Positions 18,623 to 28,347 of a DNA stretch of 64,000 bases are shown here, in pieces. The notes under the pieces were generated by a model that was given only the letters and a program-made list of their open reading frames with translations, searched no databases and was not told the DNA's origin. Origin of the DNA: Dongiaceae bacterium (GTDB lineage Bacteria > Pseudomonadota > Alphaproteobacteria > SHNJ01). How positions within the stretch are numbered: the stretch's first letter is position 1; each line of letters opens with the position of its first letter. Where the stretch lies: contig JBFXCK010000001.1 in the NCBI GenBank assembly GCA_050182275.1, positions 128,096 through 192,095 on the forward strand. The letters run 5' to 3'. The translations under genes were made by a program, and so were the position numbers.

Positions 18623-20047
18623 TTAGCGCCCGTTCGTATTCTGAGGGGGCTGAATTACAGGGTTTCTTCGGGCTTCTATATCCTCCCTAAATCCGGCCTT
18701 GGCGATAAATTGATCGGCCGTGGAACAGCGTTGCCACCGTGCTGGCAGCAAACGCCGCCATTCTTGCCAGGCCCGTTCCCGTTTGCCGGGATTATAGCAA
18801 TCATATTCAAGATTACTATAAGGCATGGGCGGTCTTACAGTTACTTGGCCATTAATCTCTATCCGGCCCTGATTAATTTCTTCTAAATACCATTCAGCCG
18901 CCAATTTTGCGTTAGGGAGAGGAATACCATCACCATATCCCCGAATTTGCACTTGAGAGATTTGTATGCGTCCATCCTTGTCAGTTGCACGATACTCAAT
19001 CGTAGCAATCGAATCACCATCAGCATTTCGAATAGAAATAATATGCCGGTCTTCCATACAAAGCCGGGCATAGCCGCCTACACAATGTTTTAAACGTTGG
19101 CCTTCCTCGCGTAACATGGAAGGGGTGGTAAGAGGATATAATACTAGGCCCGTTCCAGGATGAATGGTTTTTTCCGATAAGGGTGGCCATTCTGCCGCTT
19201 GAAAATCAGAAATTTTTGCCAGCATGGCGTCAGAGCGTGCGTGCCAATCACGGCTTGTGGCAAGTATTTCAACAATATTCCGGCCTTCAAAAGGGATCGA
19301 AGTCCAATTGCTGTTGCGCATGATGCCAGAAGGAAAACATTGTCCTACATTTAAAGCACCGTAAAAAGGGGCGACAACCTGTCGGGAAAAACTTCCGCAT
19401 ACATCGCCAGCACTTTGTAGCGCGTTACTATGATTTTGTTTATCTTGGGGTAATTGCTCCCTTGCTTCTTGCCAATTTTCAATCCCTGTTATTAACGAGG
19501 TAGTTAAAGGAACACTTCTTTCGGATTTTGAAGATTCAATTGCAGTGCCCACCATATCAATAAAAGCAGCGCATTCTTGAACAGTAGCAGAGGAAAATCC
19601 TGGCACTTGGTTTGGATTAAGCCGTCCAATCAATCCCCAAAATTCTAGAGATTGAACAACAGAATGCGGCTTATACCACTGCATATTTAGGGCAATTCTT
19701 TCAGGAACATAGCGTCCTATTTTAGCAATAGTCGATAATCCATGGGGGCTTAATTGGTGTTTGGCTGAGGTAAGAGTACGGGCAATTTCTTTTCCTATAT
19801 CGTCTTTTGTATCAATCGGATCCCGAAGGCCTTTAAAATTTCCATAAATCACTTCCAAGCAAAGCAACGGAAATTCTTCAGCAAAGGCAACTCGACGATC
19901 TAGCCTCTTTTTTAATTCTCTGCCAAAAAATGCGCCTGATAAAAAACCAGGGCCTAAAACATCTTTTAGTGCCTTACGACGGTTCGATAATAATTGTTTT
20001 TTGCTAACCGGAGATAAATTGGTTGCTTGCACGATCTTCACCCTCAA
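18623..20047 (-). CDS. Hypothetical 474-aa protein inserted between gcvH and gcvT, with a C-terminal region resembling a PcfJ-like domain (tentative).
   Basis: Low-GC ORF. The C-terminal stretch contains LREEGQRLKHCVGGYARLCMEDRHIISIRNADGDSIATIE..QVQIRGYGDG. I recall the EG..M.HCV..Y pattern from PcfJ-like (PF14284) proteins of plasmids and phages, but I cannot verify this without an HMM search. Confidence 0.55.
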   Translation of the reverse strand: MRVKIVQATNLSPVSKKQLLSNRRKALKDVLGPGFLSGAFFGRELKKRLDRRVAFAEEFPLLCLEVIYGNFKGLRDPIDTKDDIGKEIARTLTSAKHQLSPHGLSTIAKIGRYVPERIALNMQWYKPHSVVQSLEFWGLIGRLNPNQVPGFSSATVQECAAFIDMVGTAIESSKSERSVPLTTSLITGIENWQEAREQLPQDKQNHSNALQSAGDVCGSFSRQVVAPFYGALNVGQCFPSGIMRNSNWTSIPFEGRNIVEILATSRDWHARSDAMLAKISDFQAAEWPPLSEKTIHPGTGLVLYPLTTPSMLREEGQRLKHCVGGYARLCMEDRHIISIRNADGDSIATIEYRATDKDGRIQISQVQIRGYGDGIPLPNAKLAAEWYLEEINQGRIEINGQVTVRPPMPYSNLEYDCYNPGKRERAWQEWRRLLPARWQRCSTADQFIAKAGFREDIEARRNPVIQPPQNTNGR

Positions 20048-20113
20048 TCCTTGTAATTTTTTTGTATATTAAAAGGATAGGGCCTTAAGTCAACCGCTTA
20101 TATATTAACTTTT

Positions 20114-21217
20114 TTAGGCAGCCCGGTAATAACGGTGCGGCGTGAAGGGTAAATCGACTACCCGGGCGGGCAGGGATTGGCCGCGGACTTTTAAGAATAA
20201 TAATGTTCCTACCACAGCCAAATCGCGTTGCACATAGCCCATGGATATGGCGGCATTAACCGTAGGTCCAAAGGAGCCGCTGGTGACATAGCCCACCACC
20301 TCCTCATTGCCATCGACAATTTCTGTGCCTTCCCGGGCCATAGCTCTGCCATCTAATTTCAGGCCCACACGCAACATAGGGGCACCTTGGGCTAATTCCG
20401 CCAAGATTTTGTCAGCGCCCAAAAACCCGCCTTCCAATTTGCGGCGTTTATTGATGACCCAGGCCAAATTTGCCGCAACCGGCGAGGTTGATTCTTTAAT
20501 ATCGTGGCCATAGAGGCAAAGGCCTGCTTCCAGGCGCAATGTATCGCGTGCGCCAAGGCCGATGGGTGCAACACCTGGCTGGTTTAATAATAACCGGGCG
20601 ATTTTTTCGGCAGCTTCATTGGGAATTGATAATTCAAATCCATCTTCCCCCGTATAGCCGGAGCGCGATAGCCAAATTTCAACACCTTCTAATTTCGCTT
20701 TGGCGGTATACATAAATTTAAGCGCGGATATTCCGGGAATTAATTTTTCTAAAATCTTCGCAGCTTCGGGTCCCTGCAGGGCGATGAGGCTGCGGTTTGG
20801 CAATTCTTCGATCTTAATTGAGGAGGGAAGGTGCGCGCGTAAATGTTTAGCATCTTGTTCCTTGCAGGCGGCATTTACGACTAAAAATAAATGATCGCCT
20901 TGATTGGCCACCATTAAATCATCCAAAATTCCGCCGGCCTCTAGCGTAAAAAGTGTATAGCGCTGTTGATTCGGCTTTAAGATTTGAATATCACCTGGCA
21001 CCAATTTTTCCAATTCCGCCGCTACATTCCCGCCCCGCAAAATAATTTGGCCCATATGCGATACATCGAATAAGCCCGCATGCTGGCGCACCTGATTATG
21101 CTCGGCGATAATTCCCATCGGATAGGAAACCGGCATTTCATAACCGGCGAAAGGCACCATCTTGGCGCCCTTCTCCAGATGTAAATTATAAAGCGCGGTT
21201 TTCTTCAAATCGCTCAT
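20114..21217 (-). CDS. gcvT: Glycine cleavage system aminomethyltransferase T.
   Basis: N-terminal signature LYNLHLEKGAKMVPFAGYEMPVSY. 367 aa. Confidence 0.95.
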   Translation of the reverse strand: MSDLKKTALYNLHLEKGAKMVPFAGYEMPVSYPMGIIAEHNQVRQHAGLFDVSHMGQIILRGGNVAAELEKLVPGDIQILKPNQQRYTLFTLEAGGILDDLMVANQGDHLFLVVNAACKEQDAKHLRAHLPSSIKIEELPNRSLIALQGPEAAKILEKLIPGISALKFMYTAKAKLEGVEIWLSRSGYTGEDGFELSIPNEAAEKIARLLLNQPGVAPIGLGARDTLRLEAGLCLYGHDIKESTSPVAANLAWVINKRRKLEGGFLGADKILAELAQGAPMLRVGLKLDGRAMAREGTEIVDGNEEVVGYVTSGSFGPTVNAAISMGYVQRDLAVVGTLLFLKVRGQSLPARVVDLPFTPHRYYRAA

Positions 21218-21220
21218 GGC

Positions 21221-21916
21221 CTAAGGGATAAGCTTTGGTTTTTCAAGCGGCGCTACGGATGCGGGCGCTGGCTTGGGCGCAGGTGCTGGTTTTTTAACCG
21301 GCTTTTTCAAAACCTTCTTTTTTGGTTTGGGTAATTCGGGTTTTGCTTCCGGCGGCTTTTCTTCTGGCGCGGGTTCGGCTGCAGGCGCCGGCTGTTCAAT
21401 AACGGGCGGCGGAACAGGTTCGGGCGCAGGCGGCAAGGGCTGGAAGCCAACTAAAATTTGCTGACCTTCGGTGCTTTGACCAAGCGGAATAGGAAGACGG
21501 ATAGTGACTTCATCTTTAATCAAGCCGGCAGTGGCCGCGCCATTTTTAGTATGAACATCGAAAATTTGCTTATTGGTGATATTTTTTTCATTAATAGTGG
21601 CGATAAAATAGGAAAAAGACTGATCAACCGAAGAATCGCTGCCGGAGAGGGGGGTGAAAATGATATTGACCTTCAATTCAATATCAATGCCTTTGGGATC
21701 AAGCGCGCAATTGCCCTCTAATAATTTGATTTGGGCTTTCCAGCCGTTTTGCTCCTGCTCATTTAGGTTTTTAACTATTAAAGCGCTGGGGCATCCCCGG
21801 GCGTCAACCGGTTTTTCTTCCTTCTTGTCCGAAAAATAGCTGCAATTGGCAAGGGCGAAAAGGCTTAAAACCACTATCAAAAACCGGCATGTCGTCATAA
21901 AATCAACCATGGGCAA
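21221..21916 (-). CDS. Probable lipoprotein with a Pro/Lys-rich C-terminal tail.
   Basis: Signal peptide ending LFALANC, which is lipobox-like. C-terminal tail PAPEPVPPPVIEQPAPAAEPAPEEKPPEAKPELPKPKKKVLKKPVKKPAPAPKPAPA. Its stop lies 3 nt upstream of the gcvT start. Confidence 0.55.
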   Translation of the reverse strand: MPMVDFMTTCRFLIVVLSLFALANCSYFSDKKEEKPVDARGCPSALIVKNLNEQEQNGWKAQIKLLEGNCALDPKGIDIELKVNIIFTPLSGSDSSVDQSFSYFIATINEKNITNKQIFDVHTKNGAATAGLIKDEVTIRLPIPLGQSTEGQQILVGFQPLPPAPEPVPPPVIEQPAPAAEPAPEEKPPEAKPELPKPKKKVLKKPVKKPAPAPKPAPASVAPLEKPKLIP

Positions 21917-21973
21917 AAGGGGAAAAATCCGCTAGAAGAGCAATAGCCAAGTACCATAGCAACAACGGCAGAT

Positions 21974-22927
21974 ATGAGCAAATCGAAGAATAATTTGAAA
22001 ATCCTCCTTGCATCCCCGCGTGGTTTTTGTGCCGGGGTTGATAGGGCCGTGGCTATCGTGGAAGAAGCCTTAAAAAAATTCGGCGCGCCGGTATATGTGC
22101 GCCATGATATTGTCCATAACGGGTATGTGGTTAACGATTTGCGTCAAAAAGGCGCCGTTTTTGTCGAGGAATTGGCCGATATTCCGCCGGGCTTTCCGGT
22201 GATTTTTTCGGCCCATGGCGTTGCTAAGGAAGTGGTGACCGAGGCCGAAGACCGCCATATGATCCACATCGACGCCACTTGCCCCTTAGTCAGCAAAGTA
22301 CACCGCGAGGCCGAGCGTTATCACGCCCTTGGCTATCATATCCTGTTGATCGGGCATCAAGGCCACCCCGAAGTCATTGGCACGATGGGGCAATTGCCCA
22401 AGGGCGCGGTCACGCTGATTCAAACCTTGGAAGATGCCAAGGCGGTTAAAGCGGATGGAAATTTGGCTTATGTCACGCAAACCACTTTATCGGTCGATGA
22501 TACGGCAGAGATAGTGGCGTATTTAAAAATGCGCTTTCCGAATATTCAAGGCCCGCGGCGCGATGATATTTGTTACGCCACCACCAACCGTCAGGCGGCG
22601 GTCAAGGCGATTGCGGGACAAGTCGATATGTTATTTGTGCTGGGTGCGCCGCATTCCTCGAATTCACTGCGATTGGTCGAGGTGGCGCAATTGGCGGGCT
22701 GTCAAAAGGCGCTATTAATTGAACGGGCCGGCGATATCAACTGGGTGGAAGTTCAGGAAATCCAAACTCTTGGCATCACCGCCAGCGCCTCGGCGCCCGA
22801 AATATTGGTTGAGGAAGTGATTGCCGCTTGCCGTTCGCGCTTTGAAGCAGTGGTTGAGGAAGTCAGATTGAAAGAAGAAAACGTCACTTTCAAACTGCCG
22901 CCAATTCTTGCGGAAAATGCCGCATGA
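21974..22927 (+). CDS. ispH: 4-hydroxy-3-methylbut-2-enyl diphosphate reductase.
   Basis: [15 protein letters not shown]-terminus with conserved Cys. 317 aa. Confidence 0.95.
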   Translation: MSKSKNNLKILLASPRGFCAGVDRAVAIVEEALKKFGAPVYVRHDIVHNGYVVNDLRQKGAVFVEELADIPPGFPVIFSAHGVAKEVVTEAEDRHMIHIDATCPLVSKVHREAERYHALGYHILLIGHQGHPEVIGTMGQLPKGAVTLIQTLEDAKAVKADGNLAYVTQTTLSVDDTAEIVAYLKMRFPNIQGPRRDDICYATTNRQAAVKAIAGQVDMLFVLGAPHSSNSLRLVEVAQLAGCQKALLIERAGDINWVEVQEIQTLGITASASAPEILVEEVIAACRSRFEAVVEEVRLKEENVTFKLPPILAENAA

Positions 22928-23169
22928 AAGACGCCACTTTCCGCAACGAACATCAGCTGCAAAGTTTTTTGGTCGATTACCATGTCGGCCCTGCCCTTGC
23001 CATTGAAAATTTTCCCGGCGGATTCCGCATTGAAACCATGACCGGGCGCTATCGTGTGTTGATTGATCCCGATATTTCTTTAACCCAAGTGCAGGTCGTG
23101 CCGACTTTTGCCGGATTGGTTCAGGGAAAATTCGGCAACAAACCGGCCTTGTTGATTAAAGATGAGTAA
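22924..23169 (+). CDS. Small hypothetical protein (81 aa) between ispH and rnhA.
   Basis: ATGA overlap with the ispH stop and an 8-nt overlap with the rnhA start. Same strand and composition as its neighbours. No recognisable motif. Confidence 0.35.
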   Translation: MKDATFRNEHQLQSFLVDYHVGPALAIENFPGGFRIETMTGRYRVLIDPDISLTQVQVVPTFAGLVQGKFGNKPALLIKDE

Positions 23170-23596
23170 TATAGTTGAAATTTTCACCGACGGCGCTTGC
23201 AGCGGCAATCCGGGGCCGGGCGGCTGGGGCGCGATTTTGCGCTATAATGGCACGGAAAAAGAATTATCGGGCGCAGAATCATCCACCACCAATAACCGCA
23301 TGGAATTAATGGCGGCGATTATCGCGCTCGAAAGCTTAAAACGCCCGGTTAAGGTGGCGCTTTATACCGATAGCGAATATGTGAAGAACGGCGTCAAAGA
23401 ATGGATGCCGAAATGGCAGAAAAACGGCTGGAAAACCGCGGATAAGAAGCCCGTCAAAAATAAAGAATTGTGGGAACGCTTATATGTCGCAACCCACACG
23501 CACGAAATCGAATGGCATTGGGTCAAGGGGCATGCCGGCCATCCCGAAAATGAACGCGCCGATGAATTGGCAAGGCTGGCGATTAAGAAGCTCTAA
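23162..23596 (+). CDS. rnhA: Ribonuclease HI.
   Basis: [21 protein letters not shown] followed by the DSEYV and [14 protein letters not shown] motifs. Confidence 0.95.
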   Translation: MSNIVEIFTDGACSGNPGPGGWGAILRYNGTEKELSGAESSTTNNRMELMAAIIALESLKRPVKVALYTDSEYVKNGVKEWMPKWQKNGWKTADKKPVKNKELWERLYVATHTHEIEWHWVKGHAGHPENERADELARLAIKKL

Positions 23597-24456
23597 TTAA
23601 TTTTATATCCCGGCATCGCCCGTAAAATACTGCCCGGCGCCTTTTCATGGCGCGCCAGGATTTTTTCAACCGTTCCGTCATTTAGCATTTCAGCGAAAAC
23701 AATATCAATCGCGGCTTTTAATTCATGTTCGCCCGCTTTTAAGCCAAAGCCATGGCCAAATACCCGGATTGGCTTATCAACCGCGATGTTGCGCAGTTGC
23801 CCCGGATTGGCGACTAAATAAGGAGCAGCAATCGCGCTATTGGAAAAAGCTACATCGGCCTTATTTGTCACCACATTTTGCAGCATGTCGCTTAAAGGCG
23901 TGCTTTGCGGCAGCGACAAGGTTTTGGCATTCGGAAAATCATCGCGGGCAATGAATTGGCTCATCTCCCCATCAATGGTGGCAAGGGTGATGGCAGGATC
24001 GTTAATGGCGCTAAAGTTGTTATCAAAACGGTGATCGTTGCTACGCACATAAACACCTGTGGCAGTATAAAAAACGGGAAGGGAATAATCCATTACCCTA
24101 GCTAAAGGCGAATAACGATAAGAGGTAAAACAAAAGGCGTCAAAGCGGCCCGCTTCCATTGCTGCGCCAATAGTGGCGAAGTTGACCTCTTCTGTCCATT
24201 CGATTTTTAAATTTAGACGTTTGCCTAATTCTTCGGCTAAATCATGAGCAATTCCACCAAATTTTCCCGTGTTGGGATCACGCTCGAATTCCGGTGGCAA
24301 GATTACATAACCGCAGCGCAGGATATTAGTGCGCATAACACGGGCAAAGGCGCTTTCTTTTTGTTCAGGCGCTTTTATATCTGGTTGCGCCAGTTTAACA
24401 GTGATGAATGCAATAATCGCCGCCGTTAGAACGCTAATAAGTAAAACGCGCATCAA
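23593..24456 (-). CDS. Periplasmic solute-binding protein, family 3 (amino-acid ABC transporter type).
   Basis: Signal peptide plus the SBP_bac_3-like fold. No permease or ATPase genes lie adjacent, so it is an orphan binding protein. Confidence 0.75.
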   Translation of the reverse strand: MMRVLLISVLTAAIIAFITVKLAQPDIKAPEQKESAFARVMRTNILRCGYVILPPEFERDPNTGKFGGIAHDLAEELGKRLNLKIEWTEEVNFATIGAAMEAGRFDAFCFTSYRYSPLARVMDYSLPVFYTATGVYVRSNDHRFDNNFSAINDPAITLATIDGEMSQFIARDDFPNAKTLSLPQSTPLSDMLQNVVTNKADVAFSNSAIAAPYLVANPGQLRNIAVDKPIRVFGHGFGLKAGEHELKAAIDIVFAEMLNDGTVEKILARHEKAPGSILRAMPGYKIN

Positions 24457-24462
24457 TGACTC

Positions 24463-26364
24463 CTATTGAGTTTTGGTTAGGGCTTGAGCTACGGCATTTT
24501 CGGTCAATAACTCAGGAAGCGCAATACCCTCCGGCGCTTTCGGGCCATAGACGGCGTTAAAGGGAATGCCGTAACGGTTAAAACTGGCTAAATAGCTGGC
24601 GATTTTCGCATCCGGCTTGGTCCAATCGCCCTGCATGGCAACGACGTTTGGGGCTTGTAGCTGGCGCTGAATATCCGCCCTGTGCAAAACCAGCTTTTTA
24701 TTGACCTGGCAAGTTAAGCACCAAGCGGCGGTGACGTCGACGAAAACGGTTTTTCCCTCCATCACATACATCGGGATTTTTTCTGGCGCGAAATCTTGCC
24801 AGGCAATCACATCGGCGCTTTTATTCTGGTCATAGAGAATTTGCGTGGCGGCAACCGAACCCAGCCATATGCCGGTCGCCAGAAGCGCCAGCGCTAAGAT
24901 AATTTTTAGTTTCTTCATCCATGGGCCTGGGCGCGGAAGCGTGGCGACAATTCTGGGAACTAAAGCAACCAAAATATAGGGAAGCGCCAACCCCAAACCG
25001 ACCGCAGTAAAGATGCTTAGAATTTCTTTAGGCCCTTGGCTTAACGCAAAGCCCAGAGCGGTTCCTAAAAAGGGCGCTGAACAAGGAGTAGCCAAAAGCG
25101 TCGCCAGCATCCCGCTTAGAAAATCTTGGATATGGCCTTGGCGGAATCCATTGCCGCCAAGACGCCCGATAAAAGCGGGCAAAGGAATTTCAAACAATCC
25201 GCTTAAATTGGCGGCAAAAATCAAACAAATCGCCATCATAATAATCAAGAACACCGGGCTTTGAAATTGCATGCCCCAGCCGACAAACATGCCCGCCGAT
25301 TTAATGGCGATAGCCAAGGCAGCCAGCAATAAAAACGAAACTATAATGCCGGCAGTGGCGTAAAGAAAACTGAGCCGCACTTGGCGCTGTTCAGCCCCTG
25401 CCAAATGCGCGACTTTTAAAAGTTTGATCGAGAGCACCGGCAAAACGCAAGGCATGAAGTTCAATATGAATCCGCCGATTAAACCCAACAGCAAAATCCA
25501 TAAGAAAGAAGGCGCTGGCGCTTCGTTCCGCCATTCGGGGATTTGTTGGTTTTCAACTCCTTGGCCTTTATCCACCAGGGTGAATGTTAAAGCTTGCGCC
25601 TGCAGACGGTCAGGGGCGGCATCGATGGGCACAGTAAATAAGGCAGTTTTTGCGTCCGCGCTTAACATTAATTCAGGCTTGCCCAGATGTGCGTTGGTAG
25701 AGTGTTCAATGAATAAATCTGGCGAAACAAAACCCTCGTCGCGGTGAATAGCCACATGCAGGCTGCTTTTTTCTTCACCGTTTTTGATGAAGGCTTCGAA
25801 GGGAATTGAGCTTTTCCCCGGCACACGGGCGATGAATTCATTAATCGCTCCGGCAAAAGTACTTGGCAGGGCGGGGCCAGCCGGAATATCCAACTGCAAA
25901 TCAACCTTATAAGGAATGCAAATATCGCGGCAGGTTAGGTAGCTAACATTGGCGCGCAATTGCAACGGCTCGTGGCTGCGCAATAAAGACGCCTTGATCG
26001 GCAAAATGATGTGATCGTGATAGCCGACCGTTTCTAAATTAAACGCGCTAAAACGCTCCGGCGCCGGCCATAGAATTTCGGCGCCCGCTAAATTGTTCGA
26101 ACCTTGCCAATTAATTTGCGGCGGGAAACCCGCATCGCCGGGCGAGCGCCAGTAAATTTTCCACTCTTTTTCTAATTCAAACTCCAAGCCCAGCCAGATT
26201 TCATTGTCTTCCACCGCTTTCGTATGGCTGATAAGGCGTACTTTGCCATGCGGCGTTTCGCCCCAATTCGAGGCCCCCTCTTCCGCATAGGCGGCGTGCA
26301 GGTTTGCCGCAAAGCAAAGAGCAAAAATAATGGCAATATATTGAAATATAATGTTTTTTTTCAT
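24463..26364 (-). CDS. DsbD-family protein-disulfide reductase (N-terminal periplasmic domain, transmembrane core, C-terminal thioredoxin domain).
   Basis: Central transmembrane core with the Cys pair MPCVLPVLS..LATPCSAPFLGTALGFAL. C-terminal thioredoxin motif AAWCLTCQ. The probable start is the internal MKKNIIFQY signal peptide at 26364. Confidence 0.8.
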   Translation of the reverse strand: MKKNIIFQYIAIIFALCFAANLHAAYAEEGASNWGETPHGKVRLISHTKAVEDNEIWLGLEFELEKEWKIYWRSPGDAGFPPQINWQGSNNLAGAEILWPAPERFSAFNLETVGYHDHIILPIKASLLRSHEPLQLRANVSYLTCRDICIPYKVDLQLDIPAGPALPSTFAGAINEFIARVPGKSSIPFEAFIKNGEEKSSLHVAIHRDEGFVSPDLFIEHSTNAHLGKPELMLSADAKTALFTVPIDAAPDRLQAQALTFTLVDKGQGVENQQIPEWRNEAPAPSFLWILLLGLIGGFILNFMPCVLPVLSIKLLKVAHLAGAEQRQVRLSFLYATAGIIVSFLLLAALAIAIKSAGMFVGWGMQFQSPVFLIIMMAICLIFAANLSGLFEIPLPAFIGRLGGNGFRQGHIQDFLSGMLATLLATPCSAPFLGTALGFALSQGPKEILSIFTAVGLGLALPYILVALVPRIVATLPRPGPWMKKLKIILALALLATGIWLGSVAATQILYDQNKSADVIAWQDFAPEKIPMYVMEGKTVFVDVTAAWCLTCQVNKKLVLHRADIQRQLQAPNVVAMQGDWTKPDAKIASYLASFNRYGIPFNAVYGPKAPEGIALPELLTENAVAQALTKTQ

Positions 26365-26488
26365 ATTATGATTGTGCGCCTGCGAAACCATTTTGGCGGA
26401 TTTAGGAGTTAACAACCAATCTTTAATCATCTTAAACGTAAACTATATAGTAAGATATACTAGAATAATTCTTGCCAAAGGATAGGCC

Positions 26489-27109
26489 TTGCCAAGCGAT
26501 AAAACTACACCAATGAAGCCCGACCTGGACGAGATGCTATCGAAAATCGGCGGCAGCGGCTATTTGGCCGGGCAGATTTTGGTCGCCATGCCGAATATGG
26601 GGGATCCCCGGTTTGAGCGCAGCGTAATCTTTTTGTGCGTGCATAATTCCGAAGGTGCGATGGGTTTAATTTTAAACCGCATCAACACGGCGATGGATTT
26701 CGGCGAATTGATGCAGCAATTAAATATTGAAACTTCAACTGATACCCGTTCGATCCCGGTTCATTTCGGCGGGCCGGTTGAAATGGGCCGCGGCTTTGTG
26801 TTGCACAGCGCCGATTATATTCAAGACGGCTCTTTAATGGTGGGCGAGGATTTTGCGTTGACCGCAACCGTCGATATCTTGAAAGCCTTGGCGCAAGGCC
26901 AGGGGCCGAAGCAAGCGATTCTGGCCTTAGGTTATGCCGGTTGGGGCCCCGGGCAATTGGATGCGGAAATGCAGCAAAATGGCTGGTTAAATGTGCCGGC
27001 CGACGCCAATTTGGTTTTCAGTTCCAATATGGAAGCCAAGTGGCATCAGGCTATCGCCAAGCTTGGCATCGAACAAGCGCAATTATCAGGCGAAGCCGGC
27101 CGCGCTTAA
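26489..27109 (+). CDS. YqgE/AlgH family protein (UPF0301).
   Basis: AGQILVAMPNMGDPRFERSVIFLCVHNSEGAMGLILNR is the hallmark of this family. Confidence 0.85.
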   Translation: MPSDKTTPMKPDLDEMLSKIGGSGYLAGQILVAMPNMGDPRFERSVIFLCVHNSEGAMGLILNRINTAMDFGELMQQLNIETSTDTRSIPVHFGGPVEMGRGFVLHSADYIQDGSLMVGEDFALTATVDILKALAQGQGPKQAILALGYAGWGPGQLDAEMQQNGWLNVPADANLVFSSNMEAKWHQAIAKLGIEQAQLSGEAGRA

Positions 27110-28347
27110 AGCCCGAATCCTTCCCATTTTTCAACTTCATCGGTCGGCCCTACCGCCGCAATAGTGATCGGGCTTTTCAAAATTTGCTGGGCGATTTGAT
27201 GAACGTCATCCAGCGTAACATCCATTAATTGCGCCAAATTTTCCTCCGGCTCCACAATCCGCCCATAGGTCAAATAATAATGCGCCAATTGTTCCAGGCG
27301 CTGGGACGTGCTTTCCAGGCTCATTAAAAGGCCGGCGCGAAGCTGCGCCTTGGCGCGGTCCAGCTCTTCTTGAACAGGATTAACGGCGGATTCTTTCCAT
27401 ACTTCCGCCATTAATGGCAGCAATTGCGGAATTAGCCCTGGGTTGGTTGCGGCATAGGCGCCGACCAGTCCGCCATCGGCGTAAGAAGCGGTCGAGGCTT
27501 GAATGGCATAAACCAAACCCCGTTTTTCACGGATTTCCTGGAATAAACGCGAGGACATGCCGCCGCCCAGCAAGGTGGTATAAAGCGATAAGGCATGAAA
27601 ACGGGGGTCGGATGCCGGCACGCCCTGAAAGCCAATAATAATATGAGTTTGTTCCAGCTGGCGGTTTTCCAGGCGCCGCCCGCCCCGGTACATAGCCGCG
27701 CCGGGCCGAACGGCATGATGTTGAGGGATATTTAAAAAATATTCCGCCGCCAATTCGCAAAAGGCATCGTGTTCGATAGCGCCGCTGGCTGCCACAATCA
27801 TATTATTCAGCGCGTAATGCTGCTGATAGCGCACTAAATCCTGGCGTTTTATTTTGCTGATGATTTGCTCATTACCCAAAATCGAGCGGCCCAGCGTTTG
27901 GCCGGGAAAAGCGGCTTCGTGCCAATAATCGATGATGATGTCATCAGGCGTATCTTTGGTTTGGTGAATTTCTTGGATAATGACTTGACGTTCTTTGTCT
28001 AATTCATCTTCCGGAAAAAGCGAATTTTGCAGCATATCGGCCAAAACATCGATTGCAAGTTTTGCATCCTCTTTTAACACACGCGCAAAATAGGCGGTTT
28101 GCTCACGGCTGGTATAGGCGTTGATATTGCCGCCGACATTTTCCATATCGGTTGAAATCGCCAAGGCCGAGCGCTTGGGCGTGCCTTTGAACAGCATATG
28201 TTCAAACACATGGGCGATGCCGGTTTCCCCTTCATCCTCATGCCTTGTGCCGACCCCGACCCAAAAGCCGACCGCAACCGTATTCGCCGTCATTTGGCTG
28301 TCGGTAAGCACGCGCAAACCCGAGGGCAAGGTGGAAAGCCGCATCAT
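27106..28347 (-). CDS. M16-family (pitrilysin / mitochondrial-processing-peptidase-like) zinc peptidase.
   Basis: HxxEH inverted zinc motif GIAHVFEHMLFKGT. 413 aa. Confidence 0.85.
   Translation of the reverse strand: MMRLSTLPSGLRVLTDSQMTANTVAVGFWVGVGTRHEDEGETGIAHVFEHMLFKGTPKRSALAISTDMENVGGNINAYTSREQTAYFARVLKEDAKLAIDVLADMLQNSLFPEDELDKERQVIIQEIHQTKDTPDDIIIDYWHEAAFPGQTLGRSILGNEQIISKIKRQDLVRYQQHYALNNMIVAASGAIEHDAFCELAAEYFLNIPQHHAVRPGAAMYRGGRRLENRQLEQTHIIIGFQGVPASDPRFHALSLYTTLLGGGMSSRLFQEIREKRGLVYAIQASTASYADGGLVGAYAATNPGLIPQLLPLMAEVWKESAVNPVQEELDRAKAQLRAGLLMSLESTSQRLEQLAHYYLTYGRIVEPEENLAQLMDVTLDDVHQIAQQILKSPITIAAVGPTDEVEKWEGFGL

Noticed and set aside
21273-21464. A Gly/Ala/Ser-rich plus-strand ORF.
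   Set aside because: It is antisense to the Pro-rich tail of the lipoprotein gene and is an artefact of that low-complexity repeat.
18544-21973. A search for a glycine riboswitch in the gcv-associated intergenic regions (18544–18622, 20048–20113, 21917–21973).
   Set aside because: The gaps are 57–80 nt, too short for the tandem-aptamer structure, and I found no GGAGAG..CACCG-type conserved cores. Regulation here is apparently not riboswitch-based, or it lies elsewhere.
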